Origin: Octopus vulgaris
Taxonomy: Eukaryota
DNA length: 64,000 nt
Direction: 5' to 3'
NCBI GenBank assembly: GCA_951406725.2
Contig: OX597820.1
Span: 127,596,001 to 127,660,000 of the forward strand
Both the position numbers and the translations under genes were made by a program. Under the pieces are notes generated by a model that searched no databases, was not told the DNA's origin, and saw only the letters and a program-made list of their open reading frames with translations. Below, piece by piece: positions 46,732 through 61,740 of this stretch (position 1 is its first letter; each line of letters opens with the position of its first letter).

Positions 46732-49639
46732 AACGGACTGCGGGAGACTACTGCGCCGGTAGTTGTCCCTTTGGATCAGTAGCGGCGCGTTTATCATCGC
46801 TACCTGTGGTCGACATTCTGGTGGAGGAGAAGATGTCGCGAGCCCTGGTGGACACGGGCTGTACAACGACCCTGATGACTACAGAAGTGGCAGAGACGTG
46901 GAGTGGAGGAAGCAGTGTTAGGGCAGTCGACGGAAGAGAAGTACACTGCGAAGGGGTTACGGATGCGCAGATTGTGGTGCAGGGACTACAGCTGACGTTG
47001 CGAGCGATTGTGGTTGGTCACTTGGTGGACGAGATTGACGTGGTGATGGGGATGGATGCAATCACCCGCTTGGGAGGTGTCACCGTCAACGAGGCTGGCG
47101 TAACGTTTGGGTTAGCGGGGAAACCGTGTAGGGCGAGACCGTGCACCGGCGACAACCGTGAGGAAAAGGATGCGGCGCACCCCATTGAAGACCAGGATTT
47201 TCGGGCTGTCTTTGATGGCAAGAGGTGGACAGTGGAGTGGCACTGGAAGGGAGAGCCCCCGATGTTAAAGAATAAAGTGGGCTGCTATCAGCATACTCTA
47301 AAAGGAGATGCCAGAAGTGAGTTCGAGGGGGAGGTGGAGCGGTGGATTAAGGAGGGCATACTGATCCCTTGGGAAAAAGAAGAGAGCGGAGTCCTGCCAC
47401 TGATGGCGGTGATACAGCCCACAAAGCGTAAGGTCAGGCCAGTGCTTGACTTCCGAGAGCTGAATGACCACGTATCGTGTCATACAGGCGGCGACGCCAC
47501 GGATGTCTGCGGAGACACCTTGCGAGAGTGGAGGCAGACGACGGGGGCCTCCACGATTGTTGATTTGAAGTCGGCATACCTACAGGTGCATGTGGCTGAG
47601 AAATTATGGAAGTGCCAGCTCGTCAGGTATAGGGGCCGGACGTACTGTCTGACCAGGTTGGGATTTGGGCTGAATTCAGCGCCGAAGATTATGGCAACAA
47701 TTCTCAAGGCCATCCTGGGGAAGGTGGACAGAGTAAAAAGGGCCACCAATTCATACATCGATGACATTCTGGTGGATGAAACCGTGATACCAGCAACGGA
47801 GGTCATAGGCCACCTGAAGAGTTTTGGACTGATCGCCAAGCCGCCAGAGGCTATGGAGGGAGGTGCTGCACTGGGCCTCAAGCTATGGAGAGACAAGGCC
47901 GGCACCTTGGTGTTCCGGTGAGGGAATGAGGTCCCTGAACTGGGCGCCAGCATGAGTAGACGGGAACTGTTCTCTGTGTGTGGGAAGCTGGTGGGACACT
48001 ACCCGATTGCAGGTTGGCTCCGGACAGCATGTAGCTTCATCAAGAGACGAGCCGAAGGAGTGAAGTGGAATGATAAAGTGGGGGAGAGGACGATCGACAT
48101 GATGCAGGAAGTCTTGGTCAGAGTAGGAGCAGAGGACCCAGTGAGGGGCAGCTGGTATGTTCCCAAATCAAAGAGCGGGATCGTATGGTGTGACGCCAGT
48201 AGCATCGCAATAGGGGTTGTCTTAGAAGTGGGAGGTGTCATTGTGGAAGATGCAGCCTGGCTCAGGAAGACGGATGACTGCAATCATATCAACGTGGCGG
48301 TGTTGGATGCCGTGCTGAAGGGGGAGAACCTAGCCTTGAAGTGGAGGTTGCACACCATAGAAATCAGGACTGATTCGGCCACTGTACTTGGTTGGGCGAC
48401 AGCAGTCATCACCGATGAGCGGAGGGTGCGGACGAAAGGGGCTGCAGAGATGCTGGTAAAGCGTCGATTAGGAATACTGCGTGAACTAACCACTGAGTTC
48501 AATCTGAAGCTGAGCGTGATCTTTGCGCCTTCCGAGAAGAACAGGGTACACGTCCTGACCAGGGTAAAGCGAGCCTGGTTGCAGGTGCCAGAGGATGCGA
48601 AGCGGGCTGTAGCTGCAGTATTCCGTCTGAGCGACTCGGAGTAAAGGAGACTGTACACCATGCATCACATGGGTGTGGACAGGACATTGTTCCTAGCCAG
48701 AAAGTTGACTCCGACGTAACAAGACAGAGCGTGCAGAGAGTGGTTAGCAATTGTGACAGGTGCCAGTCCATCGACCCTGCTCCGGTCGTGCATGAAGCGG
48801 GAAGTATTCCAGTGGACCAGGACTGGAAACGACTGGCGGTGGACATAACACACTACCGGCAGGGGACATACCTCTCAATGGTTGACTGCAGACCCGGGCG
48901 GTTGGCCATATGGAGGGAGATGAAGTCGGGGACCGCAGAAGAAATTGTGAAAGTGTTGAATGAGATATTCCTGGAACGAGGCCCCGTGGATGAACTGCTT
49001 CTGGACAACGGCACTGCATTTCGCTCGGATGTGCTGAGAGAAATGCTTGATGAGTGGAAGGTCAACCGCTTCTTCAGGGCGGCATACCGGCCAAGTGGAA
49101 ACGGGGTGGTGGAAAGGCATCATCGTACCATCAAGGCCATGGCAGAGAGGGGTCACATTTCACCAGTCGAGGCCGTGTTTTGGTACAATATGTCGCCCAG
49201 ATCAGGACAGGCTGAAGAGTCGGTGCCACACAGGGCAATATTCAGGTACGAGTGGAGGCATCCGTGTACTACATCAATGCGATTCGGGGCAGAGGAAGAG
49301 CACGCCTTCGTGCAGGTCGGGGAGGAAGTCTGGGTAAAACCCCCAAACGCACGGTGTACATCGCAATGGGGAAAGGGGACAATAACCTCTGTAAATTCAA
49401 AAAATAACATCTCGGTCGATGGTATGCCACGCCACGTTTTGGACATACGGAGGATTGTCCATGCCCCAGAGGATGGGACCAGCAGCAGTGGGCAAGACGA
49501 AAACAACAGACAGGATGACGAGGCCGGCAGCAACACACCAGGAACAAGTCCTAGGGTCGCACTGCGACCACAGAGGGAGCGGCACCCTCCTCTCTGGTTG
49601 GCTGATTATGAAACCAGTTTCAGGTGCGGGAGCGAGTGA
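46680..49639 (+). pseudogene. pol: Pol (PR-RT-RNase H-IN), disrupted
   Basis: ALVDTGC; VRPVLDFRELN, DLKSAYLQ, FGLNSAP, YIDD; WCDAS..IRTDS; HHMG..CDRC, AVDIT..LDNG..VERHH. Stops at 47919 and 48642, frameshift at ~48703. Confidence 0.92.
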
Positions 49640-49675
49640 GAAAGCCGGTTCAGTGATCTGTAGATCAGGGGGGCG

Positions 49676-49947
49676 TGTGGTGTTGGTGAGAGAGTATGAC
49701 GGATAGGGGAGAGCGGAAGTAGGGCTCGCAGGGCGGAAGCAGGGCTTGCAGGGCGCATGCGCGGGAGGAAGCGGAAGTGACAGGCAGAACGCACGTGTGG
49801 GATCGACGAGTTGCTGCAGACACGACGAAGGCACCAGACGCATCGAGTTGGCTAAGAGGTATCCGAATTCATCTCCGACGAGGTAAGACCCAATTACATT
49901 TCCATTCTCCCTTTTTCTGTTGTACTCTTTTCATCGTTCACACCACA
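49676..49947 (+). repeat. 3' LTR
   Basis: Direct repeat of 45695-45966. Confidence 0.97.
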
Positions 49948-49952
49948 GTTGA

Positions 49953-50305
49953 TAAAAACGTTCCATAAGTTTTAAGTGCTTACGATACACAGTCCAGGTT
50001 TCGCAATAAAGACGTTAATATACACGTATTGTATACTATAATCTTTGTCACAATGGAAATACCATGTCTAGACAATAGGCGGTCTTCCAGTTTGCCAAAG
50101 CAAAATTGGGGTTCGGAATGCGTAGCGACACTTCAGCATCAAGATTCACCGATGTGTTTAGTGTGCTCCCTAAGCAAACGAGCTTAGAAACCACAGCAAG
50201 TTTTCTTCCATACACGTAGATACTAGGTTCTATGAATGGCATTCCTGGTGTTGGCCGAAACATGATAACAGTCTTGGTTAGATTTATGGTTAAGCCAAGT
50301 ACCTC
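49953..50305 (-). pseudogene. RTE-clade LINE, upstream part (continues at 45689)
   Basis: GLTINLTKTVIM..CLGSTL..DAEVSLRI and CETWTVYRKHLKLMERF, which joins QQCLRR across the LTR element. Confidence 0.85.
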
Positions 50306-51474
50306 ACACACACACATACATACACACATACATACATACATACAGACAGACAGACATAGAAACACATACATACATACATACACAGAAACATTCCCACGTA
50401 TATATATATATATATATATACTTAAATACGTATGTATATACATACATACGTACGTGCATTGAAAAATGCATACATGCATACATACATACTTACATACATA
50501 CATACACGTGTGTTAGTGATTCTGTCATTCTTGTTTCTCATAGTAGATTTTTTCAATCACCAATTACCTCAGTCACCTATAATGTATATAGGTATGCCTG
50601 TATGCATGTTTGAATGCACGCATACATATGCGTATGCATGCATGTATACATGCATATATAAGTATGCATATACGTATATGAATGCATGTATGTTCCTTGT
50701 GTGTATGCATGTAAGCATGCATATACGCCTCCTTGCATATATGTACGTAAGTTTCTATGTATACATGTATGTATGCATGCTTGCACACATGCATGTATAT
50801 ATGCGTGCATGTCTGTATGTATGAATGCATATATACATGCATGTATGTATGCATGCATGTTCCTATGCATGGTTGTATGTTTGAGTGTATACATGTATAC
50901 GTGCAACATGCATAGATGCAATGCCTGAATGTAAATGTATGTATGTATGTATGTATGTATGTATGGATGGATGGATGGATGGATGGATGGATGGATGTAA
51001 ACCGATGTATGAAAGCATATTTATATGTTCGCTCGGATTAATCATTAAACAAATATGATCAAGAGAAGAGAATGCTTTGCTTTGTTCTGGATTTAACATT
51101 TTACAAATGAATAGAATTGCTGAAAATTTGTACTTTTCCCGTTGCTCTGGTTATAAGTTATTTATATTCATTCCGTACGAAAATAGAATTTTAATCTATC
51201 ATTTTGTATTCCGCATCTATTGACAATAGAAGGTCGTTGGGTTCTGCTTAAGGCGTGTGTTGGCCTTAATCCGGCCAAGTATGTATGTATGTATGTATGT
51301 ATGTATGTATGTATGTATGTATGTATGTATGTATGTATGTATGTATGCATGCATGTATGTATGTATGTTTGTATGCATGTATATATGTATGTATGAATAT
51401 ATGTATATATATATATATATATACTAGCAGAGATACCCGGCGTTTCTGGGGATTAAAACGGTATAGTTCTTATA

Positions 51475-51690
51475 TTATTTTACTTGTTTCTGTCAGGTGA
51501 CTGTGGCCATGTTGGAGCACCGCCTTAAGTCAAAGAAATCGACTACAAGGTTTATTCTTTGTAAGCCTAGTACTTATTCTATCCGTGTGTTTTGCCAAAC
51601 GGCTAAGTTACGGGGTCCTTAACACACCAATATCGGTTGTCAAGCGACGGTGGTGGTGGTGGTGGACTTTCAAACACAGACACATCTATA
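51475..51690 (-). mobile_element. SINE family 2, 3' half
   Basis: TTCTTTGTAAGCCTAGTACTTATTCTAT is the reverse complement of the family 2 tail. Confidence 0.7.
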
Positions 51691-52193
51691 TATATAGATG
51701 TGTGTATTTTTCCCTTGTTAGCAATTAACACGGAAAATATAGATAAATAGATTACATTGTTTTACACCATTTTATTCCTTTGGAATTAATATCAGTGATA
51801 TCTTCGAAACATGTGTCGGAAGTAAAGGTATTTGAATTACACCTGCGTTAAACTCCATTTATATATATATAAATATATATATATACACAACGTATACAAC
51901 ATATGAAATTCAAGATAAACAGTTACGCGATACTCCACTCAATAGGTAAATCCTAAGTTTGCTGCACTTGATTTTATGCAGCACATAAAGTATATATTTA
52001 TATAGTCAACAAATCATAACGAAGAATAGAAAATGAGACATCTTCGAAACTTGATTGCTGCACAGCAGAAGTTTGATAAATGACAACGTACGAAACTCTC
52101 GGACCATGAGTCACTCTGTTACTTCGGTTAAATAATAAAAATATACATACACCCATATTTTGAGTTCTATTTTTCTTGTTTGCATCAGCATGC

Positions 52194-52307
<114 letters not shown>

Positions 52308-52354
52308 CTCTCCCTCTCTCTCTCTCTATATATATATATACGTTGATATATATG

Positions 52355-52396
<42 letters not shown>

Positions 52397-52420
52397 TAAA
52401 TATGTATATATATATGTATA

Positions 52421-52464
<44 letters not shown>

Positions 52465-53634
52465 CGTGTGTGTGTGTGTCTGTGTGTATATATATATGTA
52501 TATATATCTAAATCAATATCCCTAAAACTACGACTAATTTAATATCAGTTGGCAATATTTTTTTATATCAATATCCTGGGGAAACCTAAATTTTGAACAG
52601 TTTTTCGCACTTATGTCATCCGTAGAGTCCTTTACACGATGAAATATCAATACCATACTTTTCTTCGTAAGTAGAATTTAAATTTACTTATATCTGAATT
52701 TTCCAGAGAATTCCTTTACATAAAAAAAAAACACTGTAGTAGATTTCGCGGTTTCCCGGTTGCAGTCGTATCTATTTTTATAAGTCTATTTTAATATTTT
52801 TTTAAAAATTTTCTGAGCGGTATAAATTCATAATCCGCTGCAACCCTCTTTGTTTTACTCCCTTGCTGATTGTACAGACATAGATTAAGCTAGTTGCAAG
52901 AAATGCGAATACCCATGTGTTGCGAACCTAGAAAGATAATGTTTGCACTTGTGAATTGATATGTGTAACGATGTTCCAAGTTATGGTGTTAATTTGATTT
53001 CCGTTAGTGATAATTATATATCAATAGTCTTGAGAGGAATAAGTGCGGAATGCGTATGTATGTATGTATGTATGTATGTATGTATGTATGTATGTATGTA
53101 TGTATGTATGTATGTATGTATGTATGTATGTATGTATGTATGTATGTATGTATGTATGTATGTATGTATGTATGTATGTATGTATGTATGTATGTATGTG
53201 TGTATATATGTATGTATATAAACCTGTGTATATCTATGTGTAGACACACGCATATATATGTTTGGATGTACATGTGTGCATAGGCATAGTGTATATATAT
53301 GATATATATGTATGTATATATATATGTGTGTGTGTATATATATATATAACACAGACACATGAACACTTATGTATATATACATATATATATATATGCATGT
53401 ATGTGTATATATATATATATGTATATAAAACCAATAAGACATTTTTGGTGCCATAGATATAGTTATATACAGAGAGAGAAAGAGAGAGAGACGGAAGGAA
53501 GAAAGAGAGAGAAAGAGAGAAAGGAAAAAAGGAAGGAAAGAAACAGAAAGTGACAAATAGATGGGATGTGTAAACTCCACACACACACACACGCACACGC
53601 ACACATGATTTATGATATCATATGATATTATATG

Positions 53635-53668
<34 letters not shown>

Positions 53669-54168
53669 GGGCACCAAAAATCTTTTATTGTTTTATCGAT
53701 GTTTTGCAACAAACATAGAATATAAAATATATTCCGGCAACAAAAATTATAAACGAAGTTAATTTGTGAAGATAAAGTTCAGATGTTAGCTGCAATATCA
53801 TTTATTCACCATCAATAATTCCAAACGTAATCAGAAACCTATTTGACACTGTTGGTATTAACCACGTTACTGGTGCAATATCAATATCCGTCTTGCACAT
53901 TTGCTACATATTGATGATTAGAGGTACGAAAGCCACACGGATAACGGATCGGATAATAATGGATGACCGTTCTGACGCCAATTCTTATTTCACTTAGAGA
54001 CACAGCTTCATTCTTCACTATAACTTTTCTTGACTAAAAGCTTTATGCCAGCCATCGCTGTCCTGCTGCTGCTGCTGCTACTGCTGCTGCTGTTGTTGTT
54101 GATGATATTGTTGTTGGTAAGCTTTAGATTAGCCCGGATTAGATGGACCTGTGATCAAATGTCTAAAA

Positions 54169-54565
54169 AAGGCGGCGAGCTGGCAGAAACGTTAGCACGC
54201 CGGGCGAAATGCTACGCGGTATTTCGCCCGTCGTTACATTCTGAGTTCGAATTCCGCCGAAGTCGACTTTGCCTTTCATCCTTTCGGGGTCGATTAAATA
54301 AGTACCAGTTACGCACTGGGGTCGATATAATCGACTTAACACCTATGTCTGTCCTTGTTTGTCCTCTCTGTGTTTAGCCCCTTGTGGGTAGTAAAGAAAT
54401 AGGTATTTCGCCCGTCACTACTTTCTGAGTTCAAATTCCGTCGAAGTCGACATTACCTTTCATTCTTTCGGGGTCAATGAATTAAGTACCAGTTGAGTAC
54501 TGGTGTCGATATAATCGACTTGCTCCTTCCCCCAAAATTTCAGGCCTTGTGCCTATAGTAGAAAG
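54169..54565 (+). mobile_element. Dimeric SINE family 1 with 16-bp TSD
   Basis: GATCAAATGTCTAAAA at 54153-54168 and 54566-54581 encloses a tail-A monomer plus a 5'-truncated tail-B monomer. Confidence 0.85.
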
Positions 54566-55474
54566 GATCAAATGTCTAAAAGCTACGACCAGCAACTCCA
54601 CGATTTTTTCTCAGGTTATTTTATCTGGGACGATATTGTTTTAGTTTTTAAGTTGTTAGAATGGGACTGAGATTTGATATCTATTTTTTGAGAATCGATC
54701 AGTGAAGTAAAGATTTATAAACGTTATAGTCAGAGGTAAGCTCCCAATAAATCAGAGGATTTTGATATCCGATTGCAATCTCTTTGTTTCACTTACCTCG
54801 ATCTTTCTTATTTCACCGATCTTCCCTATTTCCCCTTTCCTTAAATTACAATCTTTGTAGCTCTCAAGATCGGTCATACTGAAAGGCTTTAAGACAGGTT
54901 GAGCTGTGATTATTGTATGAATCCTAAAATTGCTAGGGTTACCTGTCCATGTTATTCATCTCTTTTTATTGATTCCACTTTCAATGTCGCGATATTGTTT
55001 CCTTGTGTTTCGTATTTTTTGAGTGAGTTTGTTGACGTTGTCTACAGCTGCATCTTCTGTTGCTTAAAGCTTCAACTCGGATCTTATACAGATTGTCCAA
55101 GGGTCATCTGAACACGTGGTATCCACCTCACATAGATCCTTTATAGTTTTAGGGGGCGATATTAGATTACTGAAAACATTTGACGAACTGGCTATTGTAA
55201 TATCAAGATAAAACCCGAGAAGAAGACCGAGGGGCTTTTAAACATTATACAATGTTTCTGTGTTTCATAGCTTTTTATGCTTAAGTTTAGCTACAACTTT
55301 TCCAAGAGCTTTTAGATTTACAGAATATTATACCCTTCAAGTTAGGAAACAAGGCCTTCAGTTTTTCTATAGAACTGCTGCTACTTAGAAGAAGAAAGAA
55401 TCTTCTGTATGTATGTTCATTAAGTTGATTACAAATCTGCAGAGTATTTGAGAGGAACACGGCTGGAAGCAATA

Positions 55475-55690
55475 ATGACTTCAAATTTTGGCACAAGGCC
55501 AGCAAATTTTAGAAGAGGAAGTTAATCAATTACTCGACCTCCAGTGTTCAACTGTAACTTATTTTACCGATTAAACGATGAAACGCAAAGTCGTCCTCGG
55601 TAGAATTTGAATTCAGAACGTAAAGAGCAGAAAGAAATGTCCCTAAGCGTTTTTTCCGGTGTACTCGCAGTTCAATCAGTTCGCCACCTT
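55475..55690 (-). mobile_element. SINE family 1, diverged
   Basis: Reverse-complement core and tail B. Confidence 0.65.
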
Positions 55691-57962
55691 AGTTACAAGT
55701 AATAACAGCAGTCTGACAGAACCATACATCCTCCAGATCTATACTACCACTTTTTAGGGCGATATTGTGGAATGGTTCCTCGTTGCTACCTCAGTGTCCA
55801 ACATTTTAATCTAATATCTATTAAAATACTCGTTAATTATATATCTACTATTTACAGATGTGAGTCATAATTATTAATAGCTGTGTGAACTGAACCAGGG
55901 CGAGTTGTATATCTGATATAAACATATATCAACGCTGGCGGAATGCTTTGAATAATCAGTCATTGAAACATTTAGTTTGATTTATTAGTGGCTCAACCTA
56001 CTCGACTCAGAGAGATAAATGGCGAAGTCGATCATAAAAATTTAACCCATTTACCTATTTTTGACAAATTTCACGTTACATGTAATAAATCTGTAATTAT
56101 CCAGAGATATTTACGGCTTGCATTTCTTAGTTTGAATTTCATTTTATAAACTTTAACATTAAAAGAGGACTCAGCGTCGCCATATTGTTGAAGCAAAAGA
56201 ATGAAACCCTCAGCTGCTGCTAAATAATAGGTTTTCCCCGCCATTTACACAAAATATTATGAGTCAATAAAGGAGCCTTTGCGTAGTTGCTAAATCAGTT
56301 AGAAACAGAAGCCAACCTTCTTTTAAATTACATTCTGTCGCTTTAAAACCGAAACTCACACGGGATAATATAGTCCTTTCAACAAGATTTTAGAATTATT
56401 GCTGCTGAATACATTGAGAGGCTGGAGTTATTTGTTGAGCCCTGGATAGATGAATATGCAGTGCAAGGTCCTAAGTGTTTCAACAAGACTCTAAATGTTC
56501 TCATAAAGCCCATGTTACCCAAGAATTGATATTAAACAAAATTCATGATCCTGTAAAACTGAATTCATAACCTCTAGAAACTCAACAGACTGAAATCACA
56601 TGATTACGTTTGGAGCGTCGTTGAAAGGGAGACTAATCGACATTCTCACTGTACTATAGCCTCACTGAAGATCACCACTGTTTCAGATGATGTCCGAAAC
56701 GAATAACGAATTGTTTAAAGCAGGCGAGTTAACGATTCCAGTCCCGCATTGATGGAGTCATCGAAGCTGAAGGCGGATTCATTTATTAATCTTATGACAA
56801 TACTAAGCGAGAATACTAAGCGAGAATAGGCACAAATATTTAATAAAACACACTTAGATTTTTGCTATATTATTGTTTTTTTATTGGAAAATATACCTTC
56901 AGTTATATCTTGCATTCTGTAAGCAGGTCTGTTAGATAAAGAATGGCCTGGAGCTAAACAAGTACCAAAATGGAAAGCCTGACAGTGTTATTGCTACGGA
57001 CACTGCATTGCGCCGGGGTTAAGGAACGAACTAAAGATCTTTAAACCGGCTCTCTATTCTTTTACTTGTTTCAGTCATTTGACTGCGGCCATGCTGGAGT
57101 ACTGCCTATCATTACATTTCAGCTGCGACTCCTCAATGAAGGGCTACTTTATATATTTTTCTTCTGAAATCTTCTTATTGATCAATTCCTCTATTGAATT
57201 GTACTTTCTTCACTGAGAGCTACTTTGTCGAAGATTATTATTGATAAGGATGCTGCTAGATGAAATTTTTTTTTTTTTGCCTAAAAAACAGAAAATAACT
57301 ATATTTATCGAACATGATTAAAGAAATAAACCAAGCAACTAAACAACTAGATAAATAAAAAAAATAACAATAAAAAACAAACGAACGAAAAGGCAAGAGA
57401 TCTGCAGACAATATCAATTTAAGAATAGTTTATTGAGTTCTGATATTATTTCCAGTCAATCTCTTTAGTTGAGCTGTTTTTTGTTGTTGTAGGTGTTGTA
57501 GCAGAAGAAGAAGAAGAAGAAGAAGAAGAAGAAGAAGAAGAAGAAGAAGAAGAAGAAGAAGAAGAAGAAGAAGAAAAAAAAACAGGCTGGGAAACGGTTT
57601 ACTTCGTAGTTACTGCTGCTGCTGCTGCTGCTGCTTCTGTTGCAACTTGGTGAAGATGGTTGGTCATTTTATCGTGTTTATCTGCGTTAACAAGTGGTTT
57701 CACGAGATTGATGATGAGTGTCTTGCCATTGCCGAAGCGAAGGGACATCTTATCGATTCAGACAAACTTCTAGCTTTCCATTGTCTGGATTAAAAAGGAT
57801 AGAATACCAGAATAATAATGATAATGATAAAGGTGGTCCGCTGCGAAGAGAAGAAGCCCCAGCATCACAATTTCAATGCCATCTCACTTGTTCGGGCTTA
57901 GGTGGAAAATGTAGCATCTCAGAACCAAAGAACTGGGCTAACTTCAATGCAATGTAATGAAG

Positions 57963-58002
<40 letters not shown>

Positions 58003-58008
58003 ACAAAC

Positions 58009-58052
<44 letters not shown>

Positions 58053-58994
58053 ACGCACACACACATTTTGATGTAGTTGACCAACAGAACACCTCTTTTA
58101 TTAGTGATCTGCCATTCGATAGTGGCCATCCTGGGCCACCACCTTCAAGTATCTTTGTCCATCATATTGATCGTAAAGCTTGTTATAGTTTGTGCTTATT
58201 TTATCGATTTTGAGTTGGAGTTGATTTCTTTTACATAAAGTGTCGCAGCTCAGTGCACCAGAAAATATAAACTCGAACACACACACACATGAACACACGC
58301 GACGAGATTCCACGTAGTTTCCGTCAAAAACATTCTATTCTCAAGGTAGTGGTTAACCCTATGCTATTTGGGAAGACTTGCCGAACAGCTGCATTGTAGG
58401 ATCGAACTCAGAGCTATGAGGTTACGAAAAGAAATTCTTCACCACAAGATATATTAAAAGGAAACCTAATTCTGTTGACCAATTAGCCATTTTACCAAAT
58501 TTATTCAGCTGTATTCTTGAGTTGCAGTGAAGTAAATCGATAGACTATTGTCCAGCCGATAAGGTTTCTGTAAGCCTACATTATGTATTACCACTGTTAC
58601 ATTGTGTTCATGATCAAGATTCTAAACTCTGAAATCATTCAGTACACTTAACTAGAAACAGATTATGATCGCTACACTTCTCTGCTCTGTTCATTAAGAA
58701 CATTATAAATATGATAGGCATTTCGTTAACTTGAAATATTGATTTCAACATTTCCTGCTGTCTGTCACTTGAAGACGAATAGAATTTATCTGAGACGTCC
58801 AGATGCACTACGATGCACTAAATGAAAATGAGGTTTCATCTATTGGTTACGCGAGTCAACTTATATCCTTGTATAATGGTGAGTTCTGCAGAATTACATT
58901 TAAGTCCTCGATCGAGTTTCTTTTCACAAATAATGCCCTTGTCTTCTGGTTATATATGATATATTTGCTATCAATATTTCATACTAAAATAAGA

Positions 58995-59213
58995 TGATGA
59001 ACTGGCAGAATCGTTATCTCGACGGGAAAAATGCTTAGCAGCATTTCGTCCGTCTTTACATTTTGACTTTTCAAATTCTTCCCATGTCGACTTTGCCTTT
59101 CATCCTTTCGGAGTCGATAAAATAAGTACCAGTTGAGTACAAGGGTATATATAATTGACTTATCCCCTCCCCTGAAACTACTGGTCTAGTGTCAAAATTA
59201 GAAACCAATATTT
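58995..59213 (+). mobile_element. SINE family 1, diverged
   Basis: GTCGACTTTGCCTTTCATCCTTTCGGAGTCGATAAAATAAGTACCAG core. Confidence 0.75.
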
Positions 59214-61239
59214 CCTACTAAAGTTCTAACTTTAAAAAAAAAATTATGATAAAACTTAATTTTGTGCTTGGTTTGTCTCCATTTATTTTTGTAAAATTAA
59301 TTTCCTCGACTGAAAAACAACATTTATCATCAGCTTGTCAATATAAATTTACTTGCTTTAATTATGCAAAGTATATATTTGTTTTCATTATGTTTATAAT
59401 GTTTGAAGTGAGTCAGTGAATCACAGAATTTGTTTTGTGCTGTTATATAATAGATTTAGATAATTGAAAATATCTAAGCTACACGCATAATTCATCTTAA
59501 CGTTTTAGCCACTATACAGAATATTATTCACTCCAGTAATTAAACACCCATACGTCTAGATTGTAATTAAACACTCATACCTCTAGATTGGCAACAATAT
59601 GTTTCAGTTTATTATAAGATAGGTGCATTGGTGGTCTCCTAGGTTTTCCAAATACCATTTTATTCTCAATGTTATCTTTACAAACACAATCCAAAAGATA
59701 GAACAACGGAATTTACTCTAGATTGTTTGAAGAGAGGCTTGTCTTTCCGATGATTTTTGCAAGGCACGAAACTTCAGATTTTAGATAAGAATATTGACTC
59801 TCTGGTTCTATTTAAGACAAACACATCGCGATGTGAATTGGCTTTGGCGAATTTCTCAATTGTCAGCTTAGTATTTCTCTATTTGAAACTCCTGTAAAAT
59901 TCACTTTTTTTACTAAACATCTAACCACAAATAAGTTGCTGGATGATTCAAACTAAGCAGTAAATGATAAGAAAACTAGCCTTAAGTTAAGCAATGTCAG
60001 AGTTGGCTATTGGGGTAAGATGCACCTTTCTATGATATCTACTGCTAATTTTTGTTTTGTTTTTACCTTAGACATTGTCAACTGACATTTCACATTTGAT
60101 ATGAATCATCGGCATTTTTGGTTTTGCTAACTCGGAACCATATCTGTAAAAATGTCTTAGCTTCAACATATTTTTAAAATCCAAGTGATGAGATATTTTT
60201 AAGAGAGCTCATTTTCTCCTCTTGGTTATAGAATATTCGATAGCAATATAATTGTGGCTAACAAAATTTACAATACATACCCGCTACCTGACTGAGCTAT
60301 TCGATTTCATTGACGTTTCATGTAATTTCCAGTGATAGTATATAGTCTGGACCGATGTTTCCAATGGTTAAACAAATGATTCAATGTCTTTAATGTTATT
60401 TCCAGAAATACATTTGTTTGTGAAGATGCATAATGCATAGTTAATATGCTTCTCAAAAATCGAAGATTAAAGACAAAATAAACATCATTTTCATTTTTCG
60501 AATGATTATTTAGCATTAAGAAGAAATTGCCGCTATAAAATATCTAAACTCTAACAGTTCAACATAAAAGCCAAATCATTTTAAAGACTGTTATATTTTG
60601 AGATATATAAGCTAATTTTACATCGGAGTTTTAATAGCCTCTTGGGCAAAGAGAAAAATATGCTACGATGCGTTATATTAACCTTAAAATAGAAATAAAC
60701 GTGTATTTAAGTAAGCCCAATCCTGAAAATATTAAGTTAGCTTTTCGTTTTATGTTAGAAAATGTGGCCTTAAAATTGCATACTATTTTTAATCTCCTAG
60801 ATCCATAACAGTAAATTTGGCTATTAATCGCCGTGACCTAAGTAATAACGCTGCTGAATCAAACCCTTCCTTACTTCCTTCCTTATTTTACTGTTCAATT
60901 TCTCTATGCCTATTGAATTTCTCTATGCTCAAGACAAAATACAGGAGTACATGCATAGAAAGAATAATACTCTACCCTGATTCATTACTTTGGCACCTAC
61001 TGACGAAAACTACGAGGGGCTTGTCTGTTACATTTTCGTGGAAGCGGTAATAGGACGGACTAACACCATCCCCCTGTCTCTAATATGCTTCAGATTTATG
61101 ACGTCATCTTCGTATAACATATGAAAAGTATCAGGTGGTTATGTGCTTTGGTGCGCAGAAGCGAAGAATGTAATCAAATCTAATCCTACCTTTTGATTTT
61201 CTCGTTATAAGCCTTGGTAGAAAAAGCACAATCATCTAC

Positions 61240-61740
<501 letters not shown>

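Larger units (their letters stand above)
45695..49947 (+). mobile_element. Complete Gypsy/Ty3-type LTR retrotransposon (4253 bp)
   Basis: 272-bp LTRs TGTGGTG...CACCACA with 2 differences; 5-bp TSD GTTGA (45690-45694, 49948-49952); PPT AGGGGGG at 49667-49673; order gag-PR-RT-RH-IN. Confidence 0.97.

Noticed and set aside
46014-49843. Antisense and alternative-frame ORFs over the LTR element
   Set aside because: Shadows of GC-rich gag/pol and LTR sequence with no motifs of their own.
56660-56712. CTGAAGA...GAAAC hammerhead candidate (also ~51775-51822 and ~62820-62850)
   Set aside because: Stems or core cannot be placed in the required register.
57598-57749. Possible small host exon on the minus strand (MSLRFGNGK...AAAAAAAVTTK)
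   Set aside because: About 50 codons, no recognisable domain, weak splice signals, and the poly-Ala comes from a (CAG)n tract. RNA-seq would be needed.
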